Positions 54,839 to 64,000 of a stretch of DNA of 64,000 nt are shown in pieces (position 1 is the first letter of the stretch; each line of letters opens with the position of its first letter). The stretch is from assembly GCA_023205875.1 (NCBI GenBank), contig CP060763.1, forward strand, positions 682,001 to 746,000. The letters run 5' to 3'. Made by a program: the position numbers and the translations under genes. The notes under the pieces were generated by a model. That model was not told the origin of the DNA and searched no databases. It was given only the letters and a program-made list of their open reading frames with translations. The DNA comes from Chloropicon primus (lineage: Eukaryota).

Positions 54839-55412
54839 GCTTCTCCTCAAAACCGTCGCCGTCCGGTCTTCCTTCCTTCCTGTCTGTCTCACGCGCGTGC
54901 GCGCCTTCTACCCCCCGCTCCTCGCGTGCGTTGAGACCCGTATCCCCCACGACCAAACACACACAACACAACACAAAGCAAAGGTGTCCTCCGGTTTAGG
55001 GTTCCTCGCCACCGCGGAGCCTGCTAAGGTTCACACGCACGCACGTGTTTTGTTTTTCGTAGTTCGTTTCTTTCTTTTCCTCACGCGTCGCGTCGTGTCG
55101 CGTCGTGTCGTGTCGTGTCGCGCGTCGTGTGTGTTGTGTTCTTCCGTCCCCTTCCCCTCCCTCTCCCTCGTGTGTGTCGTGTGTTGTGTTCTTGTTGTGT
55201 TGTTGTATGTTGTCGCGCGTCGCGTCGCGTCGCGTCGCGTTCGCCCTCTGCTCTTGCTCCCCCCTCCCCTCGTCCCTCTCCGTAACACAGATCCCAGTGT
55301 TTGAACCCCAACCCCAACCCCGACGAATGGCGACGAAAATGGGAGACGAGGACGAGAACGACCCCAGGGGAAGGCATCCCAAGGAAAAGATAAAGAAGCC
55401 CAAGACCAAGAC

Positions 55413-55447
<35 letters not shown>

Positions 55448-56105
55448 GGGATCCAAGAACCAAAACCAAAAGACCAGCAGACCCGGAGGGATCGCCCCCT
55501 CGCCCCTTCCCCTCCCCCGAAACCGAAAGAAGGAAGAAGGATCCTGGAAGGGATCGGCCGAATCCTCCTCCTCCTCCTCCTTTTGGAGAAGAAGAAGAAT
55601 TGCTTTATTCTTATTCCGACTCGAGGAAGACGAGGGCCTCTCTTGTTTGGGTGTTGGGTGGATTGGATTCAAAAGTCAGTGTTCGGGTGGATTCGTTGGA
55701 GACGCAGACCCAGGATCCTGGCTCTCGGGCTCTGTCCAGGAGGAGGCGAGGCTCCAGCAGGTGACCAGGGGGCACACCAAGACATTACACTGACAGACGA
55801 CAACACATAACAACACACACACACACACACACACACAACACATACACACACATACACAACAACACACACAACAACAAAGACGCCATCCAACAGACGCGGA
55901 ACTCAAGCGGAACTCGAACGATGGGTATGGGTATGGGATGAGGCGAACTCGCATGCAGGCACGATAATCGAGGTTGGTGTTGAAACCTACAATGGCGGCG
56001 GTTCGCTGCGCGTCTTTGTAGGCGGAGCGTAGGTAGAGGAAGGCGGCTCGAGGGAGGCTTGGCCGACCAGGGCTTTGCTCGGCTAGCGCGTTGACCTCGG
56101 CGAGC

Positions 56106-59100
56106 ATGAGCGGCAAACCAATGAAGCCGTTCCCTCCTTGGGTTGCAGCGGACGAGACGATGAGACTGAATGGAGAGGACTCGGACGAGTATGAGCACCA
56201 GGCCATCCAGGAGATCGTCCTGGACGAGAGGGAGGAGCTCCTCAAGGAGTGCCAGCTCATGTCGCCCTACTGGCGAGGCTTCAAGTCCTCGGAGATATCC
56301 CTGCTGGCAGATAAGATTGACCTGCTCAAGCTCGGGGAGGGGGAGTACCTCGCCAGGAACAGGGAGCAGGCCTGCTTCTTCGGGGTGTACCTCAAGGGCC
56401 ACGCCGAGGTGACCAACGAGAGGAAGCAGAAGATAGGTCAGCTCTCGGCCGGAGATATTCTTGGAGAATTCACCTTCTTTGGCGGGGGGTTCAGGGGGGC
56501 GGACATCGTGACAAGGAGCAGGGAGAACATCGTGGCGATCTTCCCGTTCCAGGACTTTATCTCTCTCTACATGAACATGCCCAAAATCGCGTCGAAGATC
56601 ATTTATGTCCTGAATTGGACGGGTTTCAGTAGGATTGTGCAGGGGGCCAACAAGAAGAACCCAAAGGAGGACATCAAGGTGTCCAAGAAGCAGCAGCCCA
56701 AGGAGGAGAGGAAGCAGATTTTGGCCAACGCCATCGAGAAGTCGGTATTCTTCGAGCGGGACCACATCTCGCTCTCGGGCTCAGCGGCCCTCGACGTCAT
56801 TCTGCCGTACTGCCTCTTCGAGAGGTACACGCTCCCCGGCCACGAGGTCTTCAAGGAGAAGCAAAAGTCGAACATCGTTCTGATGACGGTGGCCGGGTCC
56901 ATGGACGAGGGCGGGCGGGAGATTCCGGTCGGCAACTTCCTGGGCGAGAGCTCCCTCCTGCAGGACAACATCGAGTGGTCCTTCAGGAGGCAGGAGGCGA
57001 GGAACAAGTCCATGGGACATATTATCGGGCTCAGAGTTTCGGACATCCACGAGCTCATCTCGACGCACGTGCAGATCGGCCTCACCCTTTACGTGAACAT
57101 CGCCAGGAGCTGGCTGCTCAAGTACAAGAAGGAGGGAACCCAAAAGAGCGACTTGAGTGACGAGGAGATGTACACGAAAGGGTATTTCTTTGACATCGGG
57201 CACATCGTGCCCACGGAGGGCAAGGTCGAGAAAATGATCGAAGCCGTGCTGGAGTCCCAGGCCACGGAGAGGGAGAAGGCGGCGAGGCTGGAGAGGGAAA
57301 AGATCAGGAAGAAGAGGCAGGTGGGAAGGAGGACGTCCTTGATGGTGGCGGACTTGTCCCCGTACAAGAAGGATGACGAGAAAAAGGACGACGAGGATCA
57401 AGGGGAAGAACAATCGGTGATGATTCTCAAGGACCTGGACTTCAATGCGGACATGCTGCACAGTTGCTTGTGCTACAGCAGGTACCTCCTCGGGTTCAAG
57501 CAGAGGCAGATCGACGTGCTGTCCTCTGTCATGACTTTTGTGAAGGTCAGGAGCGGGGAGACCATCACTCAGGCTGGGGAGTTTGCGTCGTACGTGGGGT
57601 TCATCGTCTCGGGTGGTGCTGAAGGGCAGTCCCCCGAGGGGAAGATTCTGAGGGAATTGGCGGTGGGCGATGTCATCGGAGAGTTCGAGTTGTTCCTGGG
57701 AGGAACCAGGAGTGAAACAATTCTCAGCGCCAGCGACAACACTGTTGTGGCCTACATGACGTTCAAACAGCTGCTGGAGATCGCTACGAGGCACGCCAAG
57801 CTGTGCATCAAGCTCTTGAACAGTCTGCTGAATGCCGCAGTCAGTCGGAGCAGGCACGAGTCGTACAGCCTGACCGATCCGCCCAAATCGAATATTTCGC
57901 AAAAGGACAAAGCAAAGGTCTTGGACTACCACAAGCTGGAAGGCCTTGGAAAGTTGTTCAAGCCCTTCGTGGACGAGAAGAGGTTCCAGAGTTACCTGGA
58001 GAGGGCAACCATGCTGAGGATACCAAAGCGAAGCGCGGGGATGGCGGACCTGCTCTTGTTGCCAAACTCCGTCTATGTCTCCGAGGGCACGGTCGAAATC
58101 AAGATAGCGGGCGTGGACAAAGTGCAGGGGATCACCCAGTCTTTCATACCCGACTTCAGGTTGCTGAAATCCGACAGTATCTACCACATCCAAGGTGCGG
58201 AGGCTGTTACTCCTTGCACGCTCATACTCTTTGAGCACAAGCTCATCAAAGAAATGAGGAGAGATTACCCACTCTTGTCCATTGCCTTCCAACTCCACCT
58301 GTCCAAGCTCAACCTTGGCAGTGCTGGGTACAAGGTGGAGAGCTCGGGGGCCGTGACCAAGTCGATGAGGGTCGGGGAGAAGGCGATGACGAAGACGGAG
58401 AAGCTTCGGATGGAAAGCATCATGGCCAAGAAAAAGGAGCAGTACAAGGAGGAGCTGAAGAAGGCGCAAATGAAGAAGAGGCTGAAGAAGAAGAACGCCA
58501 GGATACTCAAGAAGAAGCAAACTCTGGGAACGGCCGTGAAGGATGCAGCGAAACTGAAAGAGACAGAAAAGCAACTCGCGAATTTGAGGGCCCAGAACGA
58601 GCTCTTCAGGTACTTGGACAACATTCAGTTCCACAGCAAGTGCTTCAGGCAGTTCACCACAGAGGAAATCAAGACGATCGGGTCTGTTATGTCGATGGTA
58701 CCCTACAAGACGGGGGAAACCATCATCAAGAAAGGAGACGAGTCTTCCTTTGTTGTGTTCATGCTGGCGGGGAAGGCGAGCATCAACATCAAGAACGACA
58801 AGGGGAAGACCGTCAGCAAGATTGACTTGATGGTCGGCGATATTCTTGGCGAGATGGCCCTGTTTGAAGGCGGCGTCCGATCAGCAGATGTGGTGAGCGC
58901 GAGCGATTCTACTGTGGTGGGTCTCTTGGAATTTACCGGCGTTGTGATGTGTCACTCGCGACATCCCAAGATTGGCTTGAAGCTTATCTCGTGTTTCGTA
59001 CAAAGCGCCGTGACGAAGCTGAGGTCGTTTTACTTGAAACAAAACAGCAAACCAGAAGTTTACCCCAAGGAGCACAAGCTTGAATGCACGGAAGAGCACA

Positions 59101-61892
59101 TAAACGAATCTGGCATTTTCTCGTCCCTCCTCACACCGGAGGAGGTGGGGGTACTCTGCAAGCAGATGTTCTTGGTAAAGTACAAGGCAGGAGAAAAAAT
59201 CATTGTTCAGGGAACACTGTCGACCATGATATGTATCGTGGTCTCTGGAACAGTCCTGACCGGTTCAAGCAACAGCGCGGCGAGAATTGAGCACAATAAG
59301 GGCTACTTCCTCGGTGCCGACATCATTAGGCCGGAAACCCTGGTACGTTACTACTCGGGATACTCGGAGGAAGAATGCACCATAGCAGTAATGGAGTACG
59401 ACAAGTTCATGAAGCTCAACAAGGAGGTTCCCAAGTTGGCATTCAAGCTTTTGGCCAGGATGGCGCAGGAGATCGTGTGGATCGAGAACAACATCCTGCG
59501 GCAGAAGATTCACGAAGAGGAAGAGAATGAATCTGACATGGAAGGCGCCAATCGCTTCAAGGACTGGACGCAGACGGACGCCAATGCAGTCAATGAAACC
59601 CTCCTGAACGTCATCGCAGAAGACCCTGATCGGTACGAGTACAAGGATCCGATCGAAAATTTGCTGAAAGACTGCCAGAAGAACAGTCGCCACTTCCACG
59701 GGTTTGAGGAGGCAGAGATCCAGTACCTGGCGAAGAAGCTGAAGGTCGTCGTCCTGCAGCTTGATGAATGTATTGTAAAGGGTGGGGACGACGCCTGTTT
59801 TGTGTGTTTGATATTGAGGGGCACGGCCAGAGTTCTAGACAAGGGCGAGAAAATCGGGGAGTTGGAGTCTGGTGACGTCCTAGGAGAGCTTTCGTTGTTT
59901 GACCAATTTTCAAGGGGGGCAGACGTTCTCGTGGACTCTTCCACTTGCATGGTTGCCATCTTCAATTTCCAAGACCTGAGAGAGATCCACGAGGAAAACC
60001 CCATGCTGGGCTTGAAGGTTCTACGCATCTTCACGAACGCAGCTTGCAACAAGCTCAGGAGGAGGTGCTTGAACAACCTGAAGCCAGAATCTCCCAACAT
60101 CAGCCCCTGTTCAAACGACAGGCTCTACCTTCTTCTTCACAGGTGCCACAAGAAAAACAAGGGGCTTGGGGATGAGATGGACATGTCGTCTGTCCAGTAC
60201 CTCGCGGAAAGGATGTGCCTCCTGGAATTCGAGTCAGGGGACTTGATCTTGCGTCGTGGCCAGCGAGCGTCTTACATCTTCTTTATCCTCGAAGGTGTGA
60301 CTGGGGTCCGCATTAATGGCAACATAGTGGCGCGGAGGGTAGCAGGAAATTTTATCGGGGAGACGGCGTTCTTCCAAGGTTTCAAGGAGGATGGATCCGA
60401 GCGAGATTACTCTGAACGTACAGCGGATGTCGTTGCCGAAGGGAAAGTGCTGATAGCGGCAGTGTCTTACAGGCAATTGAAAGAGCTGAATGAGAGGCAC
60501 CCACTTGTTGCTCTGCTCCTCTTCAGCAGGATAGGAGAGCTGCAGGTCCAGCTGTTGCGTGGCCAGACAACCGTCAAGAGCGAAGGGAGCGACTCCGACT
60601 CTGATTCTGACCTCGAAGAGGAAGAGGTATTAGAAAAGGAGGAGGAAGCTCCATCAGCGAAAGCGAAGACCCCGGCACCCCCGGGGAAACGAAGATCGAG
60701 CTCCAAAGCTCCAGCCCTCGGAGAGATTCGAGAGGAGGAGGAGGAGGACGAGGGCGAGGGCGTGATGTTGGAAGAAAGGGCCGAGAAGATCAAAACGTTG
60801 AGAAGCAAGATGAAAGAAAGGAAAGTTGCCGAGATGGCAATGAAGTGGCACACTATCACAAAGGAGAGCAATTCCCTCGTCACGCCCGCAAATGGAATCT
60901 CCGGTGGAGACATTGACGAGGTCGTTTCCAGGCGAATTGATGCAGTGATTGCTCGAAGGCAATCGATAAGGGACCAGGCAAGAAGGCAGAGCATGATGTC
61001 GAGGAGCTCAATCGTGTCCATACAGCCAGAGGCTCAACAGGAGAAGGAGAATGGCGTCGGGGGCAAGAAGCTTGTTTTTGCCGCGAGCGAACTTTCTGAG
61101 ATGGTCATGCGCTGCAAGTCGTTGCTGGACCTGGACATGACAGAATTCGCGGATCCTTCAAAGGAAGAAGTGCTGACGATCTTCGAGGAGGTGATGCCCA
61201 AAATGGGGATGATTGAAGAGGAAAGGAAGGACATTATTGTCACCACGTTCAAGTACGAGAGCAAAATCAGAAAGCTGGAAACGGAGAACGTGTTGCTCAA
61301 GGAGGAGATGGATGTGAAGGAGACAGACCTTTCGAATATTTACACCCAGCCCCACGTGCTGGATTTTTTTGAGAAGAGGTTGGAGAGACTCCAAAAAAGC
61401 CTTGGGGACAAGGTGAGGGACTGGCAGGAAGAGAAGGAGAGGGCGGACACGCTGTCAGAGCTGCTGAACAACACGAGGTCAGAGCTCCGAGGCAGGGAGG
61501 AGACCGTCAAAAACTTGAAAGAGGAGCTGCAACGGTTGAACGAGGCCTTTGGGAGCATGACCAAGAAGGAAGGCCCCCGAGCAGAGAGGGTTCCGAGGCA
61601 CATCGAAACGCTGCGCAGGTCAAGGTCTCAGTCCCCTAGCAAAAGGCAGTTGTTCTCTCCCAGCAAGGGAGACCTCAATGGTGGAAGGAGCGCGAACGAT
61701 TTCCACCCATCTCTGAGCCAGCGCTTGCTCCTGTCTCGCCAGAGGGCTGCGACGGCTCAGCTCACACCTGTGACCAAGAACAAGTCGTACGGCAATCTCA
61801 ATGACAGGCCGAGCACGCAGTACTCTGTTCAATATTCTGCGGACCTTCTTGACGTCAGATCGTCCCCGCACCTTTCCTTTGACAAACTTTAA
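56106..61892 (+). CDS. Giant multi-cyclic-nucleotide-binding-domain protein (8 CNB) with C-terminal coiled coil
   Basis: Intronless 5.8-kb ORF with repeated CNB signatures: GDILGEFTFF..RGAD, GDVIGEFELF..RSET, GDILGEMALF..RSAD, GDVLGELSLF..RGAD, GNFIGETAFF..RTAD, plus three degenerate copies. Confidence 0.88.
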   Translation: MSGKPMKPFPPWVAADETMRLNGEDSDEYEHQAIQEIVLDEREELLKECQLMSPYWRGFKSSEISLLADKIDLLKLGEGEYLARNREQACFFGVYLKGHAEVTNERKQKIGQLSAGDILGEFTFFGGGFRGADIVTRSRENIVAIFPFQDFISLYMNMPKIASKIIYVLNWTGFSRIVQGANKKNPKEDIKVSKKQQPKEERKQILANAIEKSVFFERDHISLSGSAALDVILPYCLFERYTLPGHEVFKEKQKSNIVLMTVAGSMDEGGREIPVGNFLGESSLLQDNIEWSFRRQEARNKSMGHIIGLRVSDIHELISTHVQIGLTLYVNIARSWLLKYKKEGTQKSDLSDEEMYTKGYFFDIGHIVPTEGKVEKMIEAVLESQATEREKAARLEREKIRKKRQVGRRTSLMVADLSPYKKDDEKKDDEDQGEEQSVMILKDLDFNADMLHSCLCYSRYLLGFKQRQIDVLSSVMTFVKVRSGETITQAGEFASYVGFIVSGGAEGQSPEGKILRELAVGDVIGEFELFLGGTRSETILSASDNTVVAYMTFKQLLEIATRHAKLCIKLLNSLLNAAVSRSRHESYSLTDPPKSNISQKDKAKVLDYHKLEGLGKLFKPFVDEKRFQSYLERATMLRIPKRSAGMADLLLLPNSVYVSEGTVEIKIAGVDKVQGITQSFIPDFRLLKSDSIYHIQGAEAVTPCTLILFEHKLIKEMRRDYPLLSIAFQLHLSKLNLGSAGYKVESSGAVTKSMRVGEKAMTKTEKLRMESIMAKKKEQYKEELKKAQMKKRLKKKNARILKKKQTLGTAVKDAAKLKETEKQLANLRAQNELFRYLDNIQFHSKCFRQFTTEEIKTIGSVMSMVPYKTGETIIKKGDESSFVVFMLAGKASINIKNDKGKTVSKIDLMVGDILGEMALFEGGVRSADVVSASDSTVVGLLEFTGVVMCHSRHPKIGLKLISCFVQSAVTKLRSFYLKQNSKPEVYPKEHKLECTEEHINESGIFSSLLTPEEVGVLCKQMFLVKYKAGEKIIVQGTLSTMICIVVSGTVLTGSSNSAARIEHNKGYFLGADIIRPETLVRYYSGYSEEECTIAVMEYDKFMKLNKEVPKLAFKLLARMAQEIVWIENNILRQKIHEEEENESDMEGANRFKDWTQTDANAVNETLLNVIAEDPDRYEYKDPIENLLKDCQKNSRHFHGFEEAEIQYLAKKLKVVVLQLDECIVKGGDDACFVCLILRGTARVLDKGEKIGELESGDVLGELSLFDQFSRGADVLVDSSTCMVAIFNFQDLREIHEENPMLGLKVLRIFTNAACNKLRRRCLNNLKPESPNISPCSNDRLYLLLHRCHKKNKGLGDEMDMSSVQYLAERMCLLEFESGDLILRRGQRASYIFFILEGVTGVRINGNIVARRVAGNFIGETAFFQGFKEDGSERDYSERTADVVAEGKVLIAAVSYRQLKELNERHPLVALLLFSRIGELQVQLLRGQTTVKSEGSDSDSDSDLEEEEVLEKEEEAPSAKAKTPAPPGKRRSSSKAPALGEIREEEEEDEGEGVMLEERAEKIKTLRSKMKERKVAEMAMKWHTITKESNSLVTPANGISGGDIDEVVSRRIDAVIARRQSIRDQARRQSMMSRSSIVSIQPEAQQEKENGVGGKKLVFAASELSEMVMRCKSLLDLDMTEFADPSKEEVLTIFEEVMPKMGMIEEERKDIIVTTFKYESKIRKLETENVLLKEEMDVKETDLSNIYTQPHVLDFFEKRLERLQKSLGDKVRDWQEEKERADTLSELLNNTRSELRGREETVKNLKEELQRLNEAFGSMTKKEGPRAERVPRHIETLRRSRSQSPSKRQLFSPSKGDLNGGRSANDFHPSLSQRLLLSRQRAATAQLTPVTKNKSYGNLNDRPSTQYSVQYSADLLDVRSSPHLSFDKL

Positions 61893-61946
61893 TAACAGTA
61901 ATTGTATTTTACACACTACACGTACGTTACAACTTTCAAGCCTCCC

Positions 61947-63368
61947 CTACGCCTCGTCTTGCTCGCCTTGTCCTCCCGCTCCCTGCGCTTGGACAGCGCT
62001 CGAGTCCTTGGGATGGTCCGAGGGAGCGATGTAAATCATGTGGGAACGCTTGCTGTTTGGGTTTCTTATCATCGTGATTCCCTCGAAAGACCCTCTCGGC
62101 GGATACTGGAGCTCAAAGTAAGTTTGCAAAATTTCTTCCTCTTCTTCCTGTGTCCCATAGTACAAGACCAGGTCTTGCTCACCCGCGAGGTCATTGATAT
62201 TATCCTTGCTGTCAACGGTTCTGCTCTTGCGCACCTTTTCCCACATATCGAGTTTAAAACGATCGAGTTCCAAGTAAGAAAGGTCTTCTTCCGCAAAGGG
62301 CACGTAAACGGAGTTGCTCACTATTCTTTCTATGCCCATCTCGAAGAAATCGTCCGGATTCGAGGTCCCTCTCTCCCCAAAGTTATGGTTCCGGCTGACC
62401 TCGGGGACAATGGTCTGGCGACCCTGCCTCTGCTTGTCTTGCCTCATGTAGTCGTCCCAGAACGCTGCAGGCCAGCCCGCCTTTAGCTCGTCCCAGAGCC
62501 CCCTGGTGAGCATCCATCCGAGTCCTCCGAAGAAATCCGTGCGTCTCAAAGCACGGGGATCGCTGGCGTAGCTTCCATAACCATTGTCGTTCCAGGAGCT
62601 GACGGCGTAAAGGGAAGGGTCCTTATCCAGCAGACGTGCCGTGCCTTCGAAGAACTGAAAGAAATCCACAGAGACTTCCATGTCGTCCTCCACTATGATT
62701 GCTTTTGGGTGCTTCATGCAGTCGAAGATCTGTCCCAGCGCCCACTTGTAGTGGGCGGACAGGTAGTAGTAGCCCCTCAAGCGAGGCTTCACCCCCTCCA
62801 GCCCCCCTTCCTCCCCCCGGGGATGCACGAGGTGACCCGCGACGAGCGAAGGGAAGGACTCGATCACTTTGCTCACGTCTGCGTTGTCTCCGTCCTGAGA
62901 TACGAAGACGGGGAACTTTCTGGACACGCTCCTCGCCTTTAGGCGCTCTCGTATCGCCCCTAGAGTGGTGTTGAGATATCTTGGCCGGTTGTAGCTGAGG
63001 ACGAGAACCGCTGCCACCTGTCCCCGTCCCTCCACGAATGTCTCTTGAGAAGGCGAGCAGAACGAGGAGTTCAGAAGACCAGTGGCAACGCGGTCCACCC
63101 CCGCACTCGCGGTGCTCCCAAACGCACCCACCGCCCCGACCTCCTCTGTCTTGTGCCACGCTTCTGTCTCGACCACAAGTCCACCCTCCTTCTTCGCTCT
63201 GTCGCTGTCCGCGCCTGTCTGTTGCAATCTCAAAGTCACGTCCGTCCGAAGCGACATGGACGAGAGCAGGGCGTGCACGAGGCACAGGGTAAGGACCGAG
63301 CAAACCATCGCCTCCACACTCACCCGCCACCTTGCCCTCGTTGTCCTTTGGGCCCTCAGCACCACCAT
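61947..63368 (-). CDS. MGAT1: GT13 alpha-1,3-mannosyl-glycoprotein beta-1,2-N-acetylglucosaminyltransferase (GnT-I-like)
   Basis: Type II TM, YNRP, VSQDG, HYKWAL, IVEDD, VSSWNDNG, RTDFFGGLGWML, WPAAFWDDYMR, PEVSR..FGERG. Confidence 0.9.
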   Translation of the reverse strand: MVVLRAQRTTRARWRVSVEAMVCSVLTLCLVHALLSSMSLRTDVTLRLQQTGADSDRAKKEGGLVVETEAWHKTEEVGAVGAFGSTASAGVDRVATGLLNSSFCSPSQETFVEGRGQVAAVLVLSYNRPRYLNTTLGAIRERLKARSVSRKFPVFVSQDGDNADVSKVIESFPSLVAGHLVHPRGEEGGLEGVKPRLRGYYYLSAHYKWALGQIFDCMKHPKAIIVEDDMEVSVDFFQFFEGTARLLDKDPSLYAVSSWNDNGYGSYASDPRALRRTDFFGGLGWMLTRGLWDELKAGWPAAFWDDYMRQDKQRQGRQTIVPEVSRNHNFGERGTSNPDDFFEMGIERIVSNSVYVPFAEEDLSYLELDRFKLDMWEKVRKSRTVDSKDNINDLAGEQDLVLYYGTQEEEEEILQTYFELQYPPRGSFEGITMIRNPNSKRSHMIYIAPSDHPKDSSAVQAQGAGGQGEQDEA

Positions 63369-63565
63369 AATCTCATCTCATCTCTCTCTAGGCAGAGCAG
63401 AGCAGAGCAGAGCAGAGCAGAACACAATGCGGCTCCCTCCAGCAAGACGAATCTATGTCCTTGGCCTTCATCGTCCCCTCGTGAACTTTCCTGTGTTCCC
63501 CCTCGCCTCCTCCTCCTCATCATCTTGTTCTTGTGTTGTCCCCCTCCTGTCCTGTCTTGTCCCGT

Positions 63566-63656
63566 TCTTGCCTTCCCACCGCTCCTGGTCCTGGTCCTGG
63601 CTTGAGTCCAAAGATGGCGCCTTGGCCCTGCCTCCAGGTTTCTCTCTCTCTCTCTC

Positions 63657-63689
<33 letters not shown>

Positions 63690-63803
63690 CAGGGGACTGC
63701 AAATCAGTCCCGTGCCGGCGTTCTTGCCCCCCTCGTTTCCTGTCTTGCCTTCCCACCGCTCCTGGTCCTGGTCCTGGCTTGAGTCCAAAGATGGCGCCTT
63801 GGC
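63566..63803. repeat. 61-bp perfect direct repeat (63566-63626, 63743-63803) flanking (CT)n/(GT)n microsatellites
   Basis: tcttgccttcccaccgctcctggtcctggtcctggcttgagtccaaagatggcgccttggc occurs twice upstream of GnT-I. Confidence 0.9.
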
Positions 63804-64000
63804 TTGCAGGGTTTGGCTCCTTCCCTTCCCTTTCCCTTCACTTTGGCGGAGGCGAGGGGAGGGGAGGAAGGCGACGAGAGAGGCGAGGACGAGGGAGGAG
63901 GGAGGAGGGAGGAGGGTTTCAGGATGGACGCGCAGGAGGAGGAGCGACACGCGGCGGAGAACATACTCCGTGCGTTTCGTAACTACGACAAGGAGGGACT

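Noticed and set aside
54900..56090. ORFs and (CGACG)n/(CA)n repeats upstream of the CNB gene
   Set aside because: These are simple-repeat intergenic DNA with no transposon ends or coding signature.

Overview
This is gene-dense, GC-rich eukaryotic nuclear DNA with short GT-AG introns and microsatellite-rich intergenic spacers. Plastid genes (Tic20, ClpR4-type), a CDPK and plant-type OTU/DUF455/DUF212 proteins point to a compact green-algal (chlorophyte) genome; a Chloropicon-like picoalga is my inference only. About 33 protein-coding genes are supported, mostly housekeeping: TSR1, NOG2, REI1, PRL1, DCAF1, CysRS, NAD-malic enzyme, RabGGT-alpha, MATE, GnT-I and others. I found no tRNA, rRNA, CRISPR array or intact transposon. 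The most notable observations are: (1) a full-length class C GPCR (Venus flytrap + EGF + 7TM + coiled coil) in a lineage not thought to use canonical GPCR/G-protein signalling; (2) a 1,900-aa protein with eight cyclic-nucleotide-binding domains and no effector domain; (3) a 100-bp, 96%-identical copy of TSR1 coding sequence sitting in frame in the Tic20 presequence region; (4) a REI1 that has lost nearly all its zinc-finger ligands; (5) an AMSH-type MIT domain fused to an OTU rather than a JAMM protease; (6) a GT29 sialyltransferase-like gene alongside GnT-I. All family calls come from motif recognition by eye; no database searches were run.
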